A stretch of 64,000 nucleotides of DNA, taken from a bacterium. Its GTDB lineage: Bacteria > Zhuqueibacterota > Zhuqueibacteria > Residuimicrobiales > Krinioviventaceae. Where the stretch lies: positions 1,888,001 through 1,952,000 of the forward strand of contig CAXXMD010000002.1 of the NCBI GenBank assembly GCA_963675755.2, read 5' to 3'. A model generated the notes under the pieces. It was not told the DNA's origin, did not search any database, and saw only the letters and a program-made list of their open reading frames with translations. The translations under genes were made by a program, and so were the position numbers. Positions 10,001 to 19,832 of this stretch are shown here, piece by piece; within the stretch, counting starts at the first letter, position 1, and each line of letters begins with the position of its first letter.

Positions 10001-10569
10001 GTAACCGTGAACTTGCCCCACCAGAACTGGTTTCTTTAATTGAGGATGTTATAACCGGCAATGCTGGTCCGGGTAACACTGTTGAATTGTACAATGATCC
10101 GGCAGATCAGGGTAGAGTATATCTGGGCTCGGCTATTGCAGACGCCGGTGGTGCATTTACTTTTGCCCTTGAAGATACACTCGAATTTACAAATGTAAAT
10201 GCCATTGCCATTGACGACAGCGGCAATACATCTGCATTCTCGGAAAGCATTCAAACCGCAATTACCAAATCTGAAACAAAAGCGGTTCCCACGCATTACG
10301 CGTTGGAACAAAACTATCCCAATCCTTTTAATGCCGGTACACGTATCCCCTATCTACTCAAAGAAAACAGCCAGGTTACGCTGACAATCTATAACATTAC
10401 CGGACAAAAAGTACGCGCGCTGTTAAATACAGTACAACAGGCTGGCTTTCATGAAATCCATTGGGATGGCAAGTCCGATGCCGGATTAGATTTGCCTTCA
10501 GGCACATACATCATACTTTTTAAAGCGAATGATTTCAACCAGCAGCAAAAGCTGTTATATCTTAAATAA
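7099..10569 (+). CDS. Secreted LVIVD-repeat beta-propeller plus right-handed beta-helix protein with C-terminal sorting domain
   Basis: Signal peptide; many IYDISDP.NP-type repeats; VTNTNDSGSGSLRAAI followed by GN.I..N...GI beta-helix rungs; QNYPNPFNAGTRI tail. Confidence 0.88.
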   Translation: MKIKLQIIILLLLLVAQVMFAEQQHPAPYPEYSQFLLSKKNPTLPNTEGYLVELKDEMQIGGNNVMFTLYDQYVLTIEGPNLIVLDAQFPDVPQILSKTKISTSIIKYIVVIDNNALVLSEYDGIYIVDMSTPLTPQVTGNFTIDAYSIHKAFYDDNYLYIGNTDGFDIYDVSDLTNPQYVTYIHGDYRDSWYKNKTLFILERRSVKIYDVNDPSSPQLLTIIDLESTYNYMVRVEGNYLYAMDNNLLRIYDISNLADVQQTSIVDLGSGHAKAIAVNNDRLFIAENEHITICDISDINNPAIITSLLERGNPVNLNMNGNYLYAALETRGFKAYDATDADTLIQTAEWKSVLPTVGNLTINQDQLYTTAYFDGWSIFDIQSPGNPVLLSNYNNGFISDLIFPYNNYLYAEYSGTCHIVNITDPYTPQFENIFATDYSNYISDINAYGDYLYFLMDPKGIKVYNIANPATPVWVTESNETGYDPAASTVIYPYLYVADRNIGFYLYDISDPTNPVKSTIIPMDDNANDIAVYDQYIYVVKRYSKYISIIDTSTPLVPVVIDSFETGLDYPWCCHIANGVLYIGGLQSMQAFDLSDPLNPQIALEKTRISGGVTSISSQDNMLYVGCDELGLLVYRVEQKEISPGIRVTNTNDSGSGSLRAAIELANKNAGPDTIRFAIPFSDGSYDEDGFWQIYTYSALPEITDDSLVILGNSQKEFLENDPNPLGPEIAIAGQALPDEYISCFSILADGVEISGLDIYRFPGAGIFARNVKDLKITECYIGLDPNGFFNGANKEGIHLWENCSNCIIGEEGKGNVICDNDDSGIFLSTFCSSNIIRNNQIGYSNVINKVKGNHVAGISIEGSSSSNQVIDNIICDNFNGIQIVNSDSTTIEYNRIGSLEDLENDWGNEENGISIFGDSKNTRVYYNLIAFNDKYGIEVGNEGAIYNTLTENSITQNNESGIMIHWGGNRELAPPELVSLIEDVITGNAGPGNTVELYNDPADQGRVYLGSAIADAGGAFTFALEDTLEFTNVNAIAIDDSGNTSAFSESIQTAITKSETKAVPTHYALEQNYPNPFNAGTRIPYLLKENSQVTLTIYNITGQKVRALLNTVQQAGFHEIHWDGKSDAGLDLPSGTYIILFKANDFNQQQKLLYLK

Positions 10570-10575
10570 AACCTT

Positions 10576-10610
10576 AAAACAGCCTGTAGAGTAATTCTGC
10601 AGGCTGTTTT
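10576..10610 (+). terminator. Intrinsic terminator
   Basis: AAAACAGCCTG-N13-CAGGCTGTTTT just after the stop at 10569. Confidence 0.8.
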
Positions 10611-10715
10611 CACACTCTACTGCAATTTACTCACCCATACAAAATATGGTTTTCAATATAGAAATATGCCGAATAGGCTTCATGTTTTTAATATATAACC
10701 ATCTTGGAGGTAAAC

Positions 10716-11678
10716 ATGAAAGCCGCAAAAATATTGGGCAGTATTGTTCTGGTCCTGATTTTGTTCGTATTGGGAGCATTATTTTATATAACACAAACAT
10801 ATCCAAAAGTTGGCCCAGCACCGGATATCCATGTACAATCCACACCTGAACAGATTGAACATGGAAAATATCTGGCCAATCATGTAGCGGTTTGTATGGA
10901 CTGCCATTCAACCCGGCAATGGGAATTCTATGCCGGTCCACCCAAAGACAATACTCTGGGAATTGGAGGTGATCGTTTTGATGAAGCTTTTGGCACGGTT
11001 TACGCTAAAAACATAACACCTGCTGCAATTGGAGATTGGACAGATGGAGAAATTTTGCGGGCAATTACATCCGGTGTGGACAAAAACGGAGAATATATTT
11101 CACCCGTTATGCCGCATGAGCTCTATAATCAAATGGCGGAAAAAGATTTATTGTCCATTATTGCCTATATTAGAACATTAGATTCTATTGAAAAAGAAAT
11201 CCCGGAACGGAGTATAAAGCCTCCATTTAACCTTATATTTCGTACGCTACCCAAACCCTATAAAACCATATCCAAACCGGATACATCCAACATGATTGCA
11301 TATGGAGAATACCTGGCAACGGTAGCAGGCTGCAATTTCTGTCACACTCCCATGGAAAAGGGCAAGCTTGTTACAGAGATGACGTTTGCCGGTGGACATG
11401 AATTCATTTTGCCGTGGGGAATTGTACGCACATCCAATATTACCCCGGATGAGGATACGGGTATTGGTGCATGGGACGAAGACGACTTTGTGATGCGTTT
11501 TCAGGGCTATGCGGATCCGGTAATGCATCGTTTACCTGTTGCCCAGGGAGAGTTTAACACGCTAATGCCCTGGACCATGTATGCCGGGATGCAAGAACAG
11601 GACCTGCGGGCTATATACAAATACCTCAGAACAGTAAAACCCGTAGCAAATAGTGTTGAAAAATTTGAGAAAAAATAA
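10716..11678 (+). CDS. Membrane-anchored diheme cytochrome c
   Basis: N-terminal TM helix, two CxxCH motifs (CMDCH, CNFCH), repeated NITP...IG.W and MP motifs; ATG 10716 after GGAGG. Confidence 0.9.
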   Translation: MKAAKILGSIVLVLILFVLGALFYITQTYPKVGPAPDIHVQSTPEQIEHGKYLANHVAVCMDCHSTRQWEFYAGPPKDNTLGIGGDRFDEAFGTVYAKNITPAAIGDWTDGEILRAITSGVDKNGEYISPVMPHELYNQMAEKDLLSIIAYIRTLDSIEKEIPERSIKPPFNLIFRTLPKPYKTISKPDTSNMIAYGEYLATVAGCNFCHTPMEKGKLVTEMTFAGGHEFILPWGIVRTSNITPDEDTGIGAWDEDDFVMRFQGYADPVMHRLPVAQGEFNTLMPWTMYAGMQEQDLRAIYKYLRTVKPVANSVEKFEKK

Positions 11679-11713
11679 TATCTTTTACAAAATCTGAAAA
11701 AGACAGGATTAAA

Positions 11714-12163
11714 ATGACAACGACAACGGTAAAAGAACTGATTGAACTGAAAAACTTTGCGGTAGTAGGCGTTTCGCGCAGTGGTAAAAACTTTGGCAAC
11801 AAGATTTTTAAAGACATGGCTGAAAAAGGATTCAACATGTTTGCGGTAAACAGCAATGGCGGCCAATGGGAAGAGGTAACCCTCTATACCGGTTTAGATA
11901 CACTCCCCGAACCGGTAGATGCGGTGATAACTGTTGTACCTCCCGAAGTGACTGAACAGATCGTACGCCAGGCACATGATCTGGGCATCAATTATATCTG
12001 GATGCAGGTAGGTTCAGAATCATCAGATGCGATCCGTTTTTGTGAGGAAAACGACATCCATTTTATAGCCAACCAATGTATTCTCATGTATGCACCACCA
12101 GTCACGGGCTCTCACAAGGTGCATTCCTGGTTCTGGAAGTTATTTGGAAAATATGAAAAATAA
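11714..12163 (+). CDS. CoA-binding protein (YccU-like)
   Basis: AVVGVSR...K.G, VN, LPEPVD, VPP, WMQ.G and C.LM pattern; 149 aa. Confidence 0.88.
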   Translation: MTTTTVKELIELKNFAVVGVSRSGKNFGNKIFKDMAEKGFNMFAVNSNGGQWEEVTLYTGLDTLPEPVDAVITVVPPEVTEQIVRQAHDLGINYIWMQVGSESSDAIRFCEENDIHFIANQCILMYAPPVTGSHKVHSWFWKLFGKYEK

Positions 12164-12285
12164 CCGGAAATATATCCAATCTTTTGCAACAATGGTATAA
12201 TTGTTGATTACAATACCATAAACCTGGCAATACCGGGTTACCCGATTTTATTGCAGCAAACAGATTCAAAACGCAAAGGATTATT

Positions 12286-12978
12286 ATGGCTAAACATATT
12301 GGAATTGTTGCTTGCAGCGCAGAAGGTGCTGCGCTATGCTATCAGACCTTGTGCCGCGAGGCCCCTGCATATATGGGTGAACATATGCACCCGCAAATCA
12401 GTATGCATACACACCCCCTGGGTGAATATATGGAACATATCTATCGTCACAATTGGGAAGGCGTGGTAGAGCTCATGGTCTCTTCATCCCGCAAGCTTGC
12501 AGCATGCGGAGCGGATTTTGCCATTTGCCCGGACAATACCATTCATCAGGTTTTCGATAAAGTAGCAGACCGCTCACCTATCCCCTGGCTGCACATTGTA
12601 CAAGGTGTGGCAACAGTGGCCAAAATACGCGGATTCCGCAAACTGGGAATCACCGGCACCAAATATCTGATGGAAGGACCTGTTTATCCTGAAAAACTGG
12701 AAGAACTGGGCATGCAATGGTCAATACCTGACGGCCCTGACCGCGAAAAGATTAATGATATTATTTTTAAAGAACTGGTTAACGGTATTTTCAAAGAAAA
12801 ATCCCGGTTGTATTTTAACGATGTAATCAAAAAACTCAAAGCAGACGGCTGCGATGCCGTGGTACTGGGTTGTACCGAAATCCCCCTGCTGGTAGACCCG
12901 GATGACTGTCCCCTGCCCGTTCTTGACTCGACACGCCTGCTGGCCCGTGCCGCACTCAAACAGGCACTAGAAGCGTAA
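12286..12978 (+). CDS. Aspartate/glutamate racemase family amino-acid racemase
   Basis: GADFAICPDNTIH and VLGCTEIP two-cysteine motifs; IPWLHI; LDST. Confidence 0.9.
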   Translation: MAKHIGIVACSAEGAALCYQTLCREAPAYMGEHMHPQISMHTHPLGEYMEHIYRHNWEGVVELMVSSSRKLAACGADFAICPDNTIHQVFDKVADRSPIPWLHIVQGVATVAKIRGFRKLGITGTKYLMEGPVYPEKLEELGMQWSIPDGPDREKINDIIFKELVNGIFKEKSRLYFNDVIKKLKADGCDAVVLGCTEIPLLVDPDDCPLPVLDSTRLLARAALKQALEA

Positions 12979-13004
12979 TCCATAATTTTAATATGAAATA
13001 TTCC

Positions 13005-13041
13005 AACCTCCTCAGGGCTTGATTCCTTGGGAGGTTTTTTT
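13005..13041 (+). terminator. Terminator / REP-like hairpin (related copy at 44579-44609)
   Basis: AACCTCCTCAGGG-CTTGATT-CCTTGGGAGGTT followed by a T run. Confidence 0.7.
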
Positions 13042-13262
13042 ATATACACATCTTATTACAATTCATCCTCTTTTTGTAAAAACATCAATAAACAGTTTAA
13101 CTCCTTCGTGTTCTTTGTGGTTTGATTACATTTATAATGTACAAAATCCACACTGATCATATTTTCAGATTAAAAATAATTTTTGCACAAAAATGAATTT
13201 TGTTCATACAAATAATTGTTTTAAAAGTAATTCATTTCTCCAATAATCTGGAGTTATAGATC

Positions 13263-14051
13263 ATGATTAAAACACCCGGCTTTATCATTTTTGCAATACT
13301 GCTATCACTCTCCCTTTCGCTCATGGCGCAGGAAACACCGCATGTTTATGTGAACGGTCTCCGTATTGTAGGCCCCGGACACGGATTAAACGGTTCAGAG
13401 CTTGTGGCTTTCAATCAGCAATCCGGTACTACGTTAGCATTACTTGTTAAAATGCCGAATGACCAAAACATTGTTGAGATTGAGAACCGAAACTGCAGCC
13501 TTGTCGAGTTTACTGACAACAATAACTATAATCTGCTGGATGGTGTTCACTGGGACAGCTTTCCCGATATCTCCAAGGATGGACGCTCTGCGCTGATTGA
13601 GGTTTCCTCAAGGTGTATCCCTTCTGAAAAGGCTACAAAACTACACATAACCGGCAAAATCCAAATGCGTTTGGCTGCCACATCTTTAACCCAAAAGATT
13701 AACAACCTCCTGCTGCAAGCAGGCACAAACGCAACATTTGATCAGGAAACCATTCAGGTAATGAAAGCTCAGATTGATGATGAAAACCTCACCCTGGTTC
13801 TACAGATCAGCCGCGTATTAAAAGATAACATGCAAGACATCCGCTTTTACACCCCCGATGGAAATCCCCTTGAATGTTGGGGACAAGGCTCGTTCAGTTT
13901 TGGGAATGCTGCCCAAATGGAATACAATCTTGATACAAAAACAATCCCCGAATACCTGAATCTGGAAATCGTTATCTGGCAAGAGCTCGAAACTGTGAAT
14001 GTCCCGTTTGATATTGAAACGGAAATGGGCTTTGTAAATAGTCAGCCATAA
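13263..14051 (+). CDS. Hypothetical secreted protein
   Basis: 262-aa ORF, GGAG RBS, signal peptide ending LMA-Q; beta-rich; no motif recognised. Confidence 0.75.
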   Translation: MIKTPGFIIFAILLSLSLSLMAQETPHVYVNGLRIVGPGHGLNGSELVAFNQQSGTTLALLVKMPNDQNIVEIENRNCSLVEFTDNNNYNLLDGVHWDSFPDISKDGRSALIEVSSRCIPSEKATKLHITGKIQMRLAATSLTQKINNLLLQAGTNATFDQETIQVMKAQIDDENLTLVLQISRVLKDNMQDIRFYTPDGNPLECWGQGSFSFGNAAQMEYNLDTKTIPEYLNLEIVIWQELETVNVPFDIETEMGFVNSQP

Positions 14052-14132
14052 TTTGACATTATCATTTAAAAAAATATATCTGATATATCCCAATCAGGGT
14101 AAACAAAATTATTAATTGAGGAGAAACTGATC

Positions 14133-14765
14133 ATGAATTACTCACATTATCTTAGAACGGGTAATATACCGATACTGGTCCTTGTTTTGTCTTTACTTTT
14201 TCTTGACGCTTTACCGCTTTTTGCAGACGATACAGAAGGCGGAGAAACTCCCCAGGCCGTATTTGATGCAGCTAAACAAGCCGGTTCAGTCAAGGATTTT
14301 AATTCCTTTATAAAACTGGTTGCACCTTCTGAACGTCCCATGCTGGCTTTTGGAACGGATATGGGCGTAGATATGTTTGTCGAGTTCTATGAGGGTGAAA
14401 AAGCAGAAGAGTATAAAAAGAAATATCAGGATATTCAGAAAAAATTCGGCATCAAGGAAGAACAAGAGGATGAAGGTGAAACACTGCAGATTACCAGCGA
14501 AACCCCGCAGGAAGTCATTGACGCACACATGGTTAAACGGGCAAAAAAATTGTATGGTCATGTAGACGCGGTCAACTATATCTCTGAACTATTATCATTC
14601 ATGTTCAGCATGCCCGAAATGGCTGAACAACCGTTTTTTCCATATAACGAACTGTCAAATCTAAACATAGATGGTGATAAAGCTACCGGAACTGCCGGCG
14701 ACAAAGCAGTCAGCTTTATCAAGGAAAACAATCGCTGGTTTTTAACTGCAGGAGTAATGGACTAA
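14133..14765 (+). CDS. Hypothetical secreted acidic protein
   Basis: 210-aa ORF, GAGGAG RBS, signal peptide; ends in GDKATG...F.KENNRWFL, an NTF2/DUF4878-like pattern. Confidence 0.72.
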   Translation: MNYSHYLRTGNIPILVLVLSLLFLDALPLFADDTEGGETPQAVFDAAKQAGSVKDFNSFIKLVAPSERPMLAFGTDMGVDMFVEFYEGEKAEEYKKKYQDIQKKFGIKEEQEDEGETLQITSETPQEVIDAHMVKRAKKLYGHVDAVNYISELLSFMFSMPEMAEQPFFPYNELSNLNIDGDKATGTAGDKAVSFIKENNRWFLTAGVMD

Positions 14766-14889
14766 CAACACTTTGCTCTTTTCCGATACCACTACCATAC
14801 CCTTTCCACTGACTTTCTCCAATGCATTACAACTGATCCAGGTATAATAGAATAATACAAAATCAGCATGTTCTAAATTATCAAAAGGC

Positions 14890-17274
14890 TTATTCATTAC
14901 GTAACGCATCTATTGGATTTCTCAAGGCGGCATTGATCGCCTGCGAACCGATTGTAAACCAGGTAATGAGCAAGGTAACAATTGCCGCATAAATAAAATA
15001 ATGTATATCCAGAGGTATGCGATAAGCAAAACTGTTCAGCCAGTGCCCGGCTAAAAAATAACTGATTGGTAATGAAAACAGCATGGATGTAATCACAATG
15101 CGGGTAAAATCACCGGCTAATAAATAAACAATACGAGTCGAGCTTGAACCCAGTACTTTGCGCACACTGATCTCTTTGCGTCTTTTTTCCGCAGTAAAAG
15201 AAGACAATCCAAACAATCCCAGGCAAGAGATCAGGACTGCCATACCGGCAAAATAACGTGACAATTGGGCAACACGCAGTTCCGACTCGTATAGCTTTTC
15301 ATAATCCTGATCGAGGAACCGATATTCAAATTCGAGTCCTGGAATAAATTCATTATATAAATACCGCATCTGCTCCAGGGTTTCACGTTCCCTACCGGCA
15401 GCAATTTTCACCCATATATTGTTTGCAAAATCTTTATTGGGATTGTTTTTTCTAAAAAAACATGGCATGACTTTATCATATAGTGATTCAAAATGAAAAT
15501 CCTTGACTACACCAACAATTTGCATTTTCTTTCCCCAAACATCAACAGTTTTACCTACAGGATTCTCGATACCCAGCAATTCAACACCGGTTTCGTTCAA
15601 AATGACCGCTGATTCCTCTGAACCGAATTCCTTTGAAAAAGATCTGCCCGATTTAAATGTCATACCCAGGGTCTCAAAAAAGTTGAAATTCACATCCATC
15701 ATTGCAAAACGGAACTCATTTTTTTCAGCATTATAAAGTATCCCGCCGGTTGTACTGCTATGGTGCCCCGTAACATCTCCGGACGAATTCGATGCGTTCA
15801 CAATACCGGGGATTTTTTTCAACTCGAATAAAAAAGTATCAAAATTTTTCTGCAGTTGAACATCCCGCTTAATACGAACGATATGGTCCCTGGCTAATCC
15901 CAGGTTTTTGTTTTGAATATAATCTATTTGCTTGTGCACAATAACAACGAATACAATTAATATAACAGAGATGATAAACTGAAAGACTACTAGCCCCTTA
16001 CGCGTCCATAATTCACCCATTGAACTCATGAGCCTGCCTTTTAATATGCTAACCGGATTGAATTGCGAGAGATACAATGCCGGATAACTTCCAGAGAAAA
16101 TACCGGTTAAAAAGGTAATTCCCAGTATGGATAAAATCTTACTCGAGTCCATAACAAAATCCAGATGCTTGCCGGTAATAGAATTAAATTCAGGCAGTAA
16201 AAGGATAACCAGTATTATCGCAATCAAAAGAGAACTGAACGCAATCAGCAGAGACTCGCCAATATACTGGATAATCAATGTGGTCCTGTTGGCACCGATT
16301 GTTTTTTTTACACCAATCTCTTTTAATCTGCCGGTAGCTTTTGCCGTTGAAAGATTCATAAAATTGATACAGGCAATCGCCAGAATGAATAAAGCAATGA
16401 TGGAGAACAACCTCACATAAGTAATCCTCCCTCCACTTTGTACACCTTTTTCATAATGATTGTAAAGGTATCGATCAGAGTAAGGCCTTATAAACAAAGT
16501 GTTTGAGGTATTTGGATTTTTGGTTTGAATAAAATCCTTTATCTTGGCATTAAATTCATAAATATTGGTATTTTCATGTAAAACCAGGTAGGTATGTGGA
16601 TTATGGTTCGTCCATCTTACCAAATTCTCACTCCATCTTTCCAGTAGCAGCTCATAACTACACAAGACATCAAACTGAACAGAAGAATTAGATGGCGGTT
16701 TTTCAAACACACCGGAAATCTTGTAATCAATAGGAAAACTGACACTCCACATGACCTTGTCCCATTTGACGGTTTTACCGACAGCATCGTCAACAGATCC
16801 GAAAAGTTTCACAGCCATTTCATCAGACAGCACGATTGAGTTTGGGTCAGACAATACCTGATCGGCATTGCCCCGTAACAGCGGATAAGAAAAAATATGA
16901 AAAAAGTCCTGACTCACAAAATTATCACTCGCCTGTATCTGATGATTATCCAGAGATAGAATACCCTTTCCTCCAAATGACATAACCGCTGCAGAATATT
17001 CAATTTCCGGAAATTCTTTTGCTAATGCCTCTGCTAACAAACCCGGGGTATTTTCAAGGGTTTGCATACCATCTGGTCGGTAAAAATTCTGCATGACCTG
17101 GTAAAGCTGTTTATCTTTTTCATGGAATTTATCTACACTCAGCTCATCATTTACCCAAAGATATATCATAATAGTACAGAAAAGTCCGGCTGAAAGACCA
17201 ATCAGATTTATAAAAAATGAACTCTTGTTGCGTTTTATATTCCTGACTATCATCAAAAGATTGTGTTTTAACAT
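14890..17274 (-). CDS. ABC transporter permease, MacB/FtsX family (duplicated architecture)
   Basis: INLIGLS.G, DELS.D.FH, ACINFMNLSTA...R.KEIGVKK..GA, LVVFQF.IS, SCLGLFGL..F..E.R.KEI.VRKVLG and NP.DALR.E motifs. Confidence 0.93.
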   Translation of the reverse strand: MLKHNLLMIVRNIKRNKSSFFINLIGLSAGLFCTIMIYLWVNDELSVDKFHEKDKQLYQVMQNFYRPDGMQTLENTPGLLAEALAKEFPEIEYSAAVMSFGGKGILSLDNHQIQASDNFVSQDFFHIFSYPLLRGNADQVLSDPNSIVLSDEMAVKLFGSVDDAVGKTVKWDKVMWSVSFPIDYKISGVFEKPPSNSSVQFDVLCSYELLLERWSENLVRWTNHNPHTYLVLHENTNIYEFNAKIKDFIQTKNPNTSNTLFIRPYSDRYLYNHYEKGVQSGGRITYVRLFSIIALFILAIACINFMNLSTAKATGRLKEIGVKKTIGANRTTLIIQYIGESLLIAFSSLLIAIILVILLLPEFNSITGKHLDFVMDSSKILSILGITFLTGIFSGSYPALYLSQFNPVSILKGRLMSSMGELWTRKGLVVFQFIISVILIVFVVIVHKQIDYIQNKNLGLARDHIVRIKRDVQLQKNFDTFLFELKKIPGIVNASNSSGDVTGHHSSTTGGILYNAEKNEFRFAMMDVNFNFFETLGMTFKSGRSFSKEFGSEESAVILNETGVELLGIENPVGKTVDVWGKKMQIVGVVKDFHFESLYDKVMPCFFRKNNPNKDFANNIWVKIAAGRERETLEQMRYLYNEFIPGLEFEYRFLDQDYEKLYESELRVAQLSRYFAGMAVLISCLGLFGLSSFTAEKRRKEISVRKVLGSSSTRIVYLLAGDFTRIVITSMLFSLPISYFLAGHWLNSFAYRIPLDIHYFIYAAIVTLLITWFTIGSQAINAALRNPIDALRNE

Positions 17275-17412
17275 TTGGATTTACCTGTAGATTTAGAATT
17301 AATTATTAAAATAATAGACAATCCAGTTATCAAAAAGGTTGCAAAGATAACGGTTTTAGCTAGATATTTAAGAATCTGGTCTATAAAGGTTCTTAAATAT
17401 TTCAAACTAATT

Positions 17413-17568
17413 AATAGAACACAGATGACACAAATGAAACGAATTATCACAAATTTTTATAGATTTCAATTTTCTAGTCATGTCATTATATAAAGCATTT
17501 TTTAGCATCTATTACTATTATTCTCTATCCGTGAAAATCAGTGTTTTACGTTTTGTATGTGTTCTATT
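17413..17568. mobile_element. ~155-bp miniature inverted-repeat element
   Basis: Left arm AATAGAACACAGATGACACAAATGAAACGAATTATCACAAAT; right arm reverse complement AATAGAACACATACAAAACGTAAAACACTGATTTTCACGGAT; 11 terminal bp are perfect. Confidence 0.5.
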
Positions 17569-17712
17569 GTTTTTTTATTATTTGTTAATTACATAAACTC
17601 ACTCAATTCAATTTAGTTACATATAATTTGAATTCATATTACTTGCTGAAAAAACTATTTGCATTCCGCACAGATTAAAAGTATAATAATTATACTAAAA
17701 ACCGGAGTAGTT

Positions 17713-19440
17713 ATGAGATTCTTGTTCTGTTTACTGTTGATTGGTAGTGCCTTTGCCAAAGAATTCACCGAAATCCTGGACCGTGGTCTGGTAGTCATGC
17801 CCATGGAAAACAATCACGCATACATTGGCTGGCGGCTTTTAAAATCAGACCCGCCCGATATTGCGTTTAATGTATATCGAGATAACAACAATAATCCTGT
17901 CAAGCTCAACGACTCTCCCATCACCACATCTACAAACCTGATCGATTCTACCGTATCGCTTCAACAATCCAATACATGGTGGATCACTCCTGTTTTAGAA
18001 GGTAAAGAACAGCTCCCCTCACGTAAAACCACCGTACCGGCAAATCCGGAAATCCAATCGTGCATCAAGATCAAACTGGATGGCGATTATGGCGCGAACA
18101 AGATAGGAATAGCTGATCTTGATGGTGACGGCGTTTATGATTATATCATCAAACAACCGAGAGGTTCTCTTGATCCAGGCAGGCAGCGTCACAGTCCCGA
18201 TACTTATAAAATTGAAGCCTATAACGGACGTACCCACGAGCTCATGTGGCGGCATGACCTGGGCTGGAACATGAATATGGGTATCTGGTTCACACCGGCT
18301 ATTGTTTTCGATCTGGACAATGACGGCAAGGCCGAGGTAGCATTCAAATCCGCACCCTATGCCGCAACCAAAGAAGAAGCACTCATCAGTGAAGGTGGCT
18401 TTGTGCTGGAAGGTCCGGAATACTGCACAGTTCTGGATGGCGTGACCGGTAAAGAGACAGCACGGGTAGACTGGATTGCCCGAGGAGACCAAATGGACTG
18501 GGGCGACAACAAAGGGAATCGCGTCAATCGTAATCAGATTGGTGTGGCTTATCTGGACGGTGAACGTCCCGCGCTATTGGTATTGCGTGGAACTTATACC
18601 AAAATGCTGATCGATGCCTACCATTATATTGACAAAAAGCTGGTCAAGGTGTGGAGCTGGACGGGTGAGGATGAAAATCCACCATTACGGGGACAAGGCG
18701 GCCATACCCTGCATGTATATGATCTGGATGATGATGGTAGAGACGAGATCATTATTGGATCTGCGGTGATTGATGACAATGGAAAATGTCTATGGCGAAT
18801 GGACATGGGCCATCCGGATTGGAGTTACCTTGCTGATATAGATCCGGATCATGAGGGATTGGAACTGGCGTTTGGCTTTGAAGACGCCCAGCCGCGTAAC
18901 GGCATCTGCCTGGCTGATCCTCAAGACGGCAGCATTTTGTGGGGATGCGATTTTCCCACCACGCATATTCACGATTGGGGTATGGTTGCAGATATCGATC
19001 CCGCCCACCCCGGTATGGAAATTTACGGAATGGAACGTGACGGCAAAACCTGCTGGCTTTTTAATGCTCAAGGAGAATTGCTTGCCAGTAATGAAGATTT
19101 GGGACGCCACGGTCCCCGATCTTTTTACTGGCTGGATGGCACCACCAAGGTGCGCATACCGTTCAGTTACCGACCGGGCACGTTTCCTATTTTGAAATAT
19201 AAAGATGAAAAGATCGGCGAGATTGAAGGACAGCCCATTGCCATTACTGACTGTCTGGGCGACTGGCGCGAAGAGGTCATTTGCGTATCTGACGGATACA
19301 TCCGTATATATACCACAACCGTACCTGCAACAAGCAGACATGCTTGTCTAATGCAGGATCCCCTCTACCGTATGGATGTTGCAGTACAAATGATGGGATA
19401 TTTTTATCCCCCGCAGTTGAGTACCTTGATAAAACCCTGA
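17713..19440 (+). CDS. Rhamnogalacturonan lyase family PL11 (YesW/YesX-like)
   Basis: LDRGLV..., IGWRLL...FNVYR, PITTSTN.ID, DLDGDG, DLDDDGRDEI..G, GDWREEVI and LMQDP.YR..VA.Q..GY..PP motifs; ATG 17713 with signal peptide (ORF track starts 17659). Confidence 0.88.
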   Translation: MRFLFCLLLIGSAFAKEFTEILDRGLVVMPMENNHAYIGWRLLKSDPPDIAFNVYRDNNNNPVKLNDSPITTSTNLIDSTVSLQQSNTWWITPVLEGKEQLPSRKTTVPANPEIQSCIKIKLDGDYGANKIGIADLDGDGVYDYIIKQPRGSLDPGRQRHSPDTYKIEAYNGRTHELMWRHDLGWNMNMGIWFTPAIVFDLDNDGKAEVAFKSAPYAATKEEALISEGGFVLEGPEYCTVLDGVTGKETARVDWIARGDQMDWGDNKGNRVNRNQIGVAYLDGERPALLVLRGTYTKMLIDAYHYIDKKLVKVWSWTGEDENPPLRGQGGHTLHVYDLDDDGRDEIIIGSAVIDDNGKCLWRMDMGHPDWSYLADIDPDHEGLELAFGFEDAQPRNGICLADPQDGSILWGCDFPTTHIHDWGMVADIDPAHPGMEIYGMERDGKTCWLFNAQGELLASNEDLGRHGPRSFYWLDGTTKVRIPFSYRPGTFPILKYKDEKIGEIEGQPIAITDCLGDWREEVICVSDGYIRIYTTTVPATSRHACLMQDPLYRMDVAVQMMGYFYPPQLSTLIKP

Positions 19441-19451
19441 TTGACCTTGAT

Positions 19452-19832
19452 TCACCATGATTTAAGGATTAACCCAGATTAAAGGATTACAGGATTAGCT
19501 TGATTTTTCTAAAAAAGTCCTCTTTTTAAAGGATAACCTTAAATATTTTAATAATCGCATTCACAAATAATATCAATATCAGGTAGGGACCGGTCTGAGA
19601 CCGGTCCCTACTTGAAAACATTTACAATTTCTTTTTCCATAACTCTGGTGTTACAATACTATAATATCCCTTATGGAGTACAGTCCGTTTATGGACTGTG
19701 TGCGGATCAAAGATCCGCATAAATTGTTAACTTTTGAACAACATCTACTGATTGCAATACAGATTCCTTTATCCCGGAATGTTTAATCGGCTTTTCAATC
19801 AAGGTAATCCGAATAATCCTTGAATTAGGGTT
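19452..19832. repeat. Intergenic cluster of nested palindromic repeats between convergent genes
   Basis: GGATT-rich left arm 19452-19496 and AATCC-rich right arm ~19797-19832 enclose the perfect palindrome at 19583 and a double hairpin GGAGTACAGTCC-GTTTAT-GGACTGT / TGCGGATC-AAA-GATCCGCA at 19675-19720. Confidence 0.6.
19583..19611. repeat. GTAG-type REP-like palindrome
   Basis: GTAGGGACCGGTCT-G-AGACCGGTCCCTAC, perfect 14-bp arms. Confidence 0.75.

Noticed and set aside
17268-17493. Two short ORFs upstream of the permease
   Set aside because: AT-rich sequence overlapping an inverted-repeat arm; translations such as TQMTQMKRI and FICVICV are repeat artefacts.
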